Shown piece after piece: positions 53,931 to 64,000 of a stretch of 64,000 bases of DNA (its first letter is position 1; each line of letters opens with the position of its first letter). Origin of the DNA: an uncultured delta proteobacterium (GTDB lineage Bacteria > Myxococcota_A > UBA9160 > SZUA-336); contig CAVPHD010000009.1 of assembly GCA_963704165.1 (NCBI GenBank), positions 32,001-96,000 of the forward strand, written 5' to 3'. The notes below the pieces were generated by a model. The model did no database searches. It had not been told where the DNA came from and saw nothing but the letters and a program-made list of their open reading frames with translations. The position numbers and the translations under genes were made by a program.

Positions 53931-56276
53931 TCAGGCAATCGACCCGAAGGCCAGCCGCACCCCCCAGCGACGCTCGACCGCGGCCCGCAGCGCGGGTGTC
54001 CGACGCAGCTCCGGATCACCCTCGAGCAGCTTCGAAGCGGCGCGACGCACGGCCGCCAGGGTATCGCCGTGGCGGACCAGGTCGGCGAGGCGAAGCTCGG
54101 GCAGATGGCCGGCCTGACGCGTGCCGAGCCACTCCCCGGCGCCTCGAATCCGCAGGTCCTCTTCCGCGATCTCGAAGCCGCTCACGCTGCGTTCGAGGAT
54201 GGCAAGCCGCTGCACGCCTTCGGGCGTCGTCGGGTCGGCGATCAGCAACGCGCGCCCCGGCTTCTCGCCCCGTCCGACTCGCCCGCGCAGCTGGTGGAGC
54301 TGCGCCAGGCCGAAGCGCTCCGCGTGCTGCACGATCAAGAGCGTCGCGTTCGGGACGTCGACGCCCACCTCGATCACGGTGGTCGCAACGAGCACCCGGA
54401 CCCGACCCTCGGCGAAATCGGCCATCACGCGAACCCGCTCGCGCGCCTCCAGGCGCCCGTGGATCAGCGCCGCCGGCACCCCGGGGAGGGCCTTGCACAA
54501 GCGCTCGAAGCCGCGGGTCGCATCCTTCTGGTCCTGCTTCTCGGATTCCTCGACGAGCGGATAGACGACGAAGACCTGCTCGGATCGGCGCAGCGTCTCG
54601 TGCAGCGCCCCCATGACTTCACGCCCCGCCGAGGGTCCGACCACGCGCGTCGATACCGGCGCTCGCCCCGGCGGACGCTCGCGCAGAACCGAATGCTCGA
54701 GGTCTCCGAAGACCGTGAGCGCGAGCGATCGGGGGATCGGAGTCGCCGACATGGCCAGGACGTGCGGGCTGCCGGCCTTGCGGGCCAGGGCGCGACGCTG
54801 TCCGACGCCGAAGCGATGCTGCTCGTCGATCACGGCGAGTCCGAGCCGCGGCAACTCCACCGATTCGGAGAGCAGCGCGTGCGTACCCACCACCACGTGG
54901 AGCGCACCCTCCTCGAGCCAACGCTCGAGCCGCCGCCGATCTCCCGGCGGTGTCGCACCGGTGAGGAGTGCGGTGCGCATGCCGAGCGCTCCGCCCAGAC
55001 GCGAGAACGTGTGCAGGTGCTGCTCGGCCAGGATCTCCGTGGGCGCGAGCACGGCGGTGGTGTGCCGGGCCGCGTGTGCCGCGGCGGCGGCGAGCACCGC
55101 GAGCACCGTCTTCCCGCTGCCCACGTCGCCGATCAACATCCGGTTCATCGGCGTCGAGCGCGCGAGATCCGCGCGGATCTCCGTCCACGCGCGAAGCTGA
55201 TCCGAGGTGAGGGCGAACGGCAGCGCCGCACGTGCGTGCGCCTCCGCGGCATCGCTGATCTCGAGCTTCGCGGTGCGCCGCCGTGCGAGCTCGCGCTTGC
55301 GCAGCCCGAGACCGATCTGCAGCAGGTACAGCTCCTCCGCGACGAGCCTCAGGTGGTAGGGCGTGTTCCGCTCGCGCAGCGCGGTCGGATCGAGCTGCGT
55401 GCCGGGCAGGTGGACCTCGCGAAGTGCGGCACCGACATCCGCAAGTCCCAGCTGTGCGACCGTGGACGCCGGCAGGAAACCATCGACGAGGTCTGTCGCC
55501 GAACGAACGGCGGACTCCACCACGCGGCGCAAGCTCCGCGGGGCGAGTCCCTCGACGGCGCTGTAGCTCGGGACGATCCGCGGTAGCTCACCCGACGAGG
55601 TTTCCGCCGAGAGCGTCTCGACGTCGGGATGGTGCAGCTCCTTCGCGTAGCGGAAACGCCGAACCTCGCCCGCTACGAGAACGCGCGTACCGGGCGCCAG
55701 CCGGTTCTCGAAGTGGGCGAGCCCGCGGAACCACTTCAGCTGAACTGCACCGGTACCGTCGGAGACGATGGCCTCGAAGAAGCGCCGACCGTTTCGCAGA
55801 GGTACGACACCGGAACGCTTCACCGTTCCCGAGAAGCAGACAGACCGGCCGACCTCGAGCTTCTCGATCGGCATGATCTCGCGCCGGTCCTCGTACGCGC
55901 GTGGCAGAAAGAAGAGTAGATCCTCGACCGTCGCAATCTCTTTTCGAGCGAGCGCCGCCGCGGTCTTCGGCCCCACGCCGGGAACGCGCGAGGCCGGCTG
56001 CGCGAGCATCCGCGTGGGGAATTCCGGAGCGAGAAGCGGTGCGAGGCGCTTCGCGATCCAGGCGAGCGCGGCCGGCTCGACGCCGGACGCGAGCCGCTCC
56101 GATGCTTCGCGCAGTCGCTTCTTCGCCTCGGGCGGTATCCAGAGCTCCGCCGCCGCATCGATCGCTGCGCGAAGCGTTGGCCCGGGATCGCGCGCCCCCG
56201 CAGTGGCATCCTCGCCGCGCAGCGCGAACTCGAGCGGACCGCGAATCGCATCGGCGGCTTCGCGAAAGCTCGTCAT
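53931..56276 (-). CDS. recG: ATP-dependent DNA helicase RecG
   Basis: GDVGSGKT, APTEILA, DEQHRFG, SATPIPR, QLHQLRGRVGR. Confidence 0.96.
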   Translation of the reverse strand: MTSFREAADAIRGPLEFALRGEDATAGARDPGPTLRAAIDAAAELWIPPEAKKRLREASERLASGVEPAALAWIAKRLAPLLAPEFPTRMLAQPASRVPGVGPKTAAALARKEIATVEDLLFFLPRAYEDRREIMPIEKLEVGRSVCFSGTVKRSGVVPLRNGRRFFEAIVSDGTGAVQLKWFRGLAHFENRLAPGTRVLVAGEVRRFRYAKELHHPDVETLSAETSSGELPRIVPSYSAVEGLAPRSLRRVVESAVRSATDLVDGFLPASTVAQLGLADVGAALREVHLPGTQLDPTALRERNTPYHLRLVAEELYLLQIGLGLRKRELARRRTAKLEISDAAEAHARAALPFALTSDQLRAWTEIRADLARSTPMNRMLIGDVGSGKTVLAVLAAAAAHAARHTTAVLAPTEILAEQHLHTFSRLGGALGMRTALLTGATPPGDRRRLERWLEEGALHVVVGTHALLSESVELPRLGLAVIDEQHRFGVGQRRALARKAGSPHVLAMSATPIPRSLALTVFGDLEHSVLRERPPGRAPVSTRVVGPSAGREVMGALHETLRRSEQVFVVYPLVEESEKQDQKDATRGFERLCKALPGVPAALIHGRLEARERVRVMADFAEGRVRVLVATTVIEVGVDVPNATLLIVQHAERFGLAQLHQLRGRVGRGEKPGRALLIADPTTPEGVQRLAILERSVSGFEIAEEDLRIRGAGEWLGTRQAGHLPELRLADLVRHGDTLAAVRRAASKLLEGDPELRRTPALRAAVERRWGVRLAFGSIA

Positions 56277-56278
56277 CT

Positions 56279-59466
<3,188 letters not shown>

Positions 59467-59474
<8 letters not shown>

Positions 59475-60603
59475 GCGTGGACTCCACGAGCTCGCGGAAG
59501 CGGCGGAAGAGGTAGGCCGTGTCGTGCGGACCCGGCGCGGCCTCCGGATGGTACTGCACGGAGAAGAGCGGTAGCCGGCGATGACGAAGTCCTTCGACGG
59601 TTCCGTCGTTGAGATTCACGTGCGTGACCTCGAGGTCGTCGGCTTCCGCGAGCGTCGCCGCGTCGACGGCGAAGCCGTGGTTCTCCGAGGCGATCATCAC
59701 GCGCCTCGATTGCTCGTCCCGAGCCGGTTGGTTCGCACCGTGGTGACCGAAGCGGAGCTTCCGAGTCGTGCCGCCGAGCGCCAGGCCGAGAATCTGGTGG
59801 CCGAGGCAGATCCCGAAGATCGGAATCCGGGCCGCGATGAGCTCGCGGACGATCGGAAGCGCGTAGCTGACCGCCGCCGGATCGCCCGGTCCATTCGACA
59901 GGAAGATGCCGTCCGGCTCGAGCCCGAGCGCGGTCTTCGCGGGCGTATCGGCCGGGACGACCGTCACGTCGAAGCCCGCGTTCGAGAGCTCGCGCAGGAT
60001 GTTCCGCTTGATGCCGTAGTCGTAGGCGACCGCGCGGTAGCGCTTCCCGCGCACGGGCGGCTCGAGCGACCACGCCGTGCCCTCACGCCACTCGTAGGGC
60101 TCCTTGCACGTGACTCCGTCGACGAGGTTCAGCCCCGCCATCGACGGCAGCGCTCGCGCCCGCGAACGCAGCTCGACCAGGTCGAAAGGCGCGTGCGCGA
60201 CGATTCCATTCATCGCGCCGGCCGTTCGCAGACGGCGCACGAGCGCGCGGGTATCGACGCCCGAGATCGCGCTGACCCCGTTTCGGACGAGAAAGGTCTG
60301 CAGCGACTCGCGACTCCGCCAGCTCGACGGAAAATCGACGTGATCGCGCACGACGAAGCCGCGCAGGAACACGCCGCGCGATTCGTCATCCTCCGGAGTG
60401 CAGCCCGTGTTTCCGATCTCGGGATAGGTCATGCAGACGATCTGTCCCGCGTAGGACGGGTCGGTGAGGATCTCCTGGTACCCGGACATCCCCGTGTGGA
60501 AGACGACCTCGCCCAAACCCTCGCCGCGCGCGCCGAATCCGGTCCCGCGGTACACGGTGCCGTCCGACAGAACCAGCGCAGCTTCGTCGGTCCTCTCGCT
60601 CAT
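59467..60603 (-). CDS. carA: Carbamoyl-phosphate synthase small subunit
   Basis: [32 protein letters not shown]. Confidence 0.96.
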
Positions 60604-61892
60604 CGCCCCCCCTCTTCATCCAGCGCGAATGCGAGCCGCCCGCCCACCCAGGTTCGGAGTGCGCGGCCGCGAAATTCCCTTCCGAGGAAGGCGGAGTTCT
60701 TCGAACGCGACTCGAGACCCGGAACCTCGACCTTGAAGGCGCGCTCGGGATCGATGAGAACGAGGTCGGCCGGGGCGCCGGGCTCGAGCGTCCCGCCGCC
60801 GACGCCGAAGACCCGCGCGGGACGAGTGGCCATGCGATCGATCAGCGTCAGCGGCGAGAGGACGTCCTCGCGAACCAGCTCGAGCCCGACCGCGAGCGAG
60901 GTCTCGAGACCGACGACGCCGAATGGCGCCGCGGTGAACTCGACGTCCTTCTCGTAGTGCGCATGCGGTGCGTGATCGGTCGCGATGCAGTCGAGCGTCC
61001 CGTCGGCGAGGCCCTGTCGAAGCGCCTCGCGATCGCGTGCCGTGCGCAGCGGTGGCGCCATCTTCTTGTTCGTGTCGTAGCTGCGGATCGCTTCGTCGGT
61101 GAGGAGAAGGTGATGCGGAGTCACCTCCGCCGTCACCCGAACCCCCGCCGCCTTCGCATCGCGGATCAGCTCGACCGAGCGCGCCGCCGAGACGTGCGCG
61201 ACGTGCAGATGCCCGCCCGTCAGACGCGCGAGCTCCAGATCGCGCGCGACCATCACCGTCTCGGCCTCGCCGGGCGAACCGGGCAGACCACAGCACGTCG
61301 CGTGCGAGCCCTCGTGTACGACGCCCGAGCCGCGCAGGTTCAGGTCCTCGCAGTGCGCGACCACGGGTCGGCCAATGCCGCGCGCGTACTCGAGCACGCG
61401 CCGCATCACGGCCGCGTCCATGATCACCGCGCCATCGTCGGAGAACGCCACCGCGCCGGCGGCCGAGAGGCTCGCCATCTCGGACATGATCTCGCCGCGG
61501 AGACCCTGCGTCGCCGCGGCGATCACGCGGACGCGGACGTTTCCCGAATCGCGCGCGCGGCGTTGGATGTACTCGGTCACGGCCGGGCTGTCGTTCACCG
61601 GATCGGTGTTCGCCATGCAGCACACCAATGTGTATCCCCCGGCCGCCGCGGAGCGAGTTCCCGTCTCGATGTCTTCCTTGTATTCCTGGCCAGGCTCGCG
61701 CAGGTGCGTGTGCAGGTCGATGAACCCGGGTGCGAGCCATAGTCCGCCGGCCTCGATCACCTGATCGGGAATGCCAGCCTCGTCCCGGCCGACGGCTGCG
61801 ATCCGCCCATCCGCGATGTCGAGGGAGCCGATCTCGTCGCGTCCGCTCGCCGGATCGAGAAGTCGCGCTCCCGAAATCCTCACCCGGCTCAT
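60600..61892 (-). CDS. pyrC: Dihydroorotase
   Basis: [30 protein letters not shown]. Confidence 0.95.
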   Translation of the reverse strand: MSRVRISGARLLDPASGRDEIGSLDIADGRIAAVGRDEAGIPDQVIEAGGLWLAPGFIDLHTHLREPGQEYKEDIETGTRSAAAGGYTLVCCMANTDPVNDSPAVTEYIQRRARDSGNVRVRVIAAATQGLRGEIMSEMASLSAAGAVAFSDDGAVIMDAAVMRRVLEYARGIGRPVVAHCEDLNLRGSGVVHEGSHATCCGLPGSPGEAETVMVARDLELARLTGGHLHVAHVSAARSVELIRDAKAAGVRVTAEVTPHHLLLTDEAIRSYDTNKKMAPPLRTARDREALRQGLADGTLDCIATDHAPHAHYEKDVEFTAAPFGVVGLETSLAVGLELVREDVLSPLTLIDRMATRPARVFGVGGGTLEPGAPADLVLIDPERAFKVEVPGLESRSKNSAFLGREFRGRALRTWVGGRLAFALDEEGGR

Positions 61893-62800
61893 CGTCCGCC
61901 CCCGGTCAGCAGGTAGAGCACCGCCATTCGCACCGCGACGCCATTGGTCACCTGATCGAGAATGCGAGACGGCTCGGCGTCGGCGATGTCACTCGCGATC
62001 TCTACGCCGCGATTGATCGGCCCCGGATGGAGCACGATCGCATCCGGTTTCGCGAGCGCGAGCGTCCGAGCGTTCAGTCCGAAAGTTCCCGCATACTCGC
62101 GGACCGTCGGGAACAGCGCGCCGGCAAGACGCTCCTGTTGAATGCGGAGCATCACCACCACGTCGGCGCCGGGCAGCGCTTCGGCCATCGAGAAGCAGGG
62201 TTTCACACCGAGTGCCTCGATCCCCGCGGGCATCATCGTCGGCGGCGCGGCGACTCGAACCTCGGCCCCGAGCTTGGTGAAACAGTGGATGTCGGATCGA
62301 GCCACGCGGCTGTGCGAGATGTCGCCCACGATGGCCACGACCCGTCCCTCGAGCGAGCCGAGCGACTGGCGCAGCGTGAACGCGTCGAGAAGCGCCTGAG
62401 TCGGATGCTCGTGGCAGCCGTCGCCCGCGTTCACGACCGGCACGCGAACCCGCTCCGCCAACATGTGCGGCACGCCCGCGACCGAGTCGCGCACGACGAG
62501 CACGTCGGCACTCATCGCCGCGAGGTTTCGCGCCATGTCCGCGAGCGTCTCCGCCTTCGACAGGCTCGAGCCCGACCGGGTCACATTGATCGCGTCGGCC
62601 GACAGCCGTTTCGCCGCGATCTCGAAGCTGACACGCGTGCGCGTCGAGGATTCGAGAAAGACGTTGATCACCGTCCGTCCCCGCAGCGTCGGAACGCGTT
62701 TGATCTCGCGCTGCGAGATCTCGAGCATCGCTTCGGAGGTCTCGAGCACGAGCTCGATCTCGTCGCGGCTCATGTGCTCGATCCCGAGCAGGTGTCTCAT
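61889..62800 (-). CDS. pyrB: Aspartate carbamoyltransferase catalytic subunit
   Basis: [29 protein letters not shown]. Confidence 0.96.
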   Translation of the reverse strand: MRHLLGIEHMSRDEIELVLETSEAMLEISQREIKRVPTLRGRTVINVFLESSTRTRVSFEIAAKRLSADAINVTRSGSSLSKAETLADMARNLAAMSADVLVVRDSVAGVPHMLAERVRVPVVNAGDGCHEHPTQALLDAFTLRQSLGSLEGRVVAIVGDISHSRVARSDIHCFTKLGAEVRVAAPPTMMPAGIEALGVKPCFSMAEALPGADVVVMLRIQQERLAGALFPTVREYAGTFGLNARTLALAKPDAIVLHPGPINRGVEIASDIADAEPSRILDQVTNGVAVRMAVLYLLTGGGR

Positions 62801-63378
62801 ACGACCACGACCTCGAGTTCACCGTCCTTCCGCTTGCGCAGCACGACTCGCTCCGCGCGCGCGGTCGGGATGTTCTTTCCCACGAAATCGACCTTGATCG
62901 GTAGCTCGCGGTGGCCGCGATCGACGAGCGTCGCCACCTGGATCGAAGCGGGGCGACCGAAATCGAGCACGGCATCCATCGCCGCGCGGATGGTCCGACC
63001 CGTGAACATCACGTCGTCCACGAGCACGACGCGCTTCCCATCGACGGAGAACGGCATGCGCGTCGGCCGCGGCATCGGCCGCACGCCGCGTGCGACCACG
63101 TCGTCCCGATAGAGCGTGATGTCGAGCGCTCCGAGCGGAATCACCCGGCCCGCGAGCTGCCCGAGTTGGGACGTGACGAGCGCCGCGACCGGCTCTCCAC
63201 CGCGCACGATCGCGACGATGACGAGGTCGGAGACGTCGGAGTCGCTCTCGAGAATCTCGTGCGCAATCCGGGTCGTTGCTCGCTGGATGCCGGCGGCGTC
63301 GAGGACGACGCGTCCCTGCGCGAGCTCTCGCTCGGGTTGGCCGCTGGCCGCGCTCGCAGGTTCTGCCGGGTTGCTCAT
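62797..63378 (-). CDS. pyrR: Pyrimidine regulatory protein/UPRTase PyrR
   Basis: [35 protein letters not shown]. Confidence 0.95.
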   Translation of the reverse strand: MSNPAEPASAASGQPERELAQGRVVLDAAGIQRATTRIAHEILESDSDVSDLVIVAIVRGGEPVAALVTSQLGQLAGRVIPLGALDITLYRDDVVARGVRPMPRPTRMPFSVDGKRVVLVDDVMFTGRTIRAAMDAVLDFGRPASIQVATLVDRGHRELPIKVDFVGKNIPTARAERVVLRKRKDGELEVVVV

Positions 63379-63383
63379 CCCTA

Positions 63384-63418
63384 CCTTTGCCCACCTCTCA
63401 GGGATCGGGATTAAAGGA
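63384..63418 (-). promoter_or_regulatory. PyrR-binding RNA hairpin
   Basis: TCCTTTAATCCCGATCCCTGAGAGGTGGGCAAAGG resembles the CUUUAA...UCCNGNGAGG...AAGG pattern. Confidence 0.75.
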
Positions 63419-63428
63419 GTCGGCGCGA

Positions 63429-63456
63429 AGGCTATCCGAGGTGGTCCGAGCGTCAA
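63429..63456 (-). promoter_or_regulatory. Candidate sigma70 promoter of pyr operon (TTGACG-N16-TAGCCT)
   Basis: Directly upstream of the PyrR hairpin. Confidence 0.5.
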
Positions 63457-64000
63457 TCAGCCGCGGCCGCCGACCTTGCGTTCCGAGTCTTCCCCAGCGG
63501 ATCTCCTCGATCTGAAACGTCACCACGCGCCAGACCGTGAAGAACAGATCTCCGACGAAGCTGCGCGGCGCCTGCTCGGCGGACGCGACGACCCAGGACC
63601 AGTGGATCATGAACGCCTTGCCCTTGATCTGATCGGGCGAGACGAACGGGTGATTCCAGAGCCGGCTGTCGCGCGAGTTGTCGCGGTTGTCGCCCATCAT
63701 GAAGAAGTGGCCTTCCGGGACGACCCACGGACCACGCCGATCGGCCGGACCCGCGATCTCGCCTTTGGCCTGCAGGATCGTGTACTCGCGGCCTTCGGGA
63801 TTCCTCTCGAGGTAGCGCGCGGCGCTTGCCCTGACCGCCGGACTCCGGCGAGGACGGAGCGTACTCGCCTTCGTCGATGCGATCGACCAGCTGGCCGTTC
63901 AGCCAGAGCCTGCGATCGATGATCTGGATCCGGTCGCCCGGCAGACCGATCACGCGCTTGATGTAGTCCTGGCTCGGATCGTCGGGCCAGCGAAACACGA
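63457..64000 (-). CDS. lepB: Signal peptidase I (3' part, frameshifted; runs off window)
   Basis: VFRWP, DYIKRVIGLPGD, MMGDNRDNSRDSR, IRWGR; 3' end approximate. Confidence 0.9.

Overview
High-GC window that is mostly core chromosome. Gene content and order (tilS-ftsH-folP-cdaA-cdaR-glmM-pdxJ-acpS-nnr-tsaE-lysC; pyrR-pyrB-pyrC-carA-carB-recG) suggest a Myxococcota/deltaproteobacterial organism (inference). Many conserved genes are broken by single-base indels in a few clusters, which look like long-read errors rather than pseudogenes. No CRISPR array, rRNA, integrase or transposase was seen. Points of interest: (i) a TetR-linked four-gene Tat-exported type II DMSO-reductase-family molybdoenzyme resembling the ethylbenzene/steroid-C25 hydroxylase group, at 25.4-31.2 kb; (ii) a 902-aa protein combining a degenerate nuclease-like motif, an RNase E-like charge-patterned disordered linker and a degenerate DHH domain, between dgt and queE; (iii) three uncharacterised exported proteins with a strongly self-complementary intergenic element; (iv) a His-to-Tyr (DivL-like) pseudokinase downstream of a PilT/PilU ATPase; (v) two tiny, very basic proteins missed by the ORF track, each with its own candidate promoter and terminator, upstream of an orphan rpoZ; (vi) a PyrR-binding hairpin placed for translational control; (vii) recurring sigma28-like promoter motifs.
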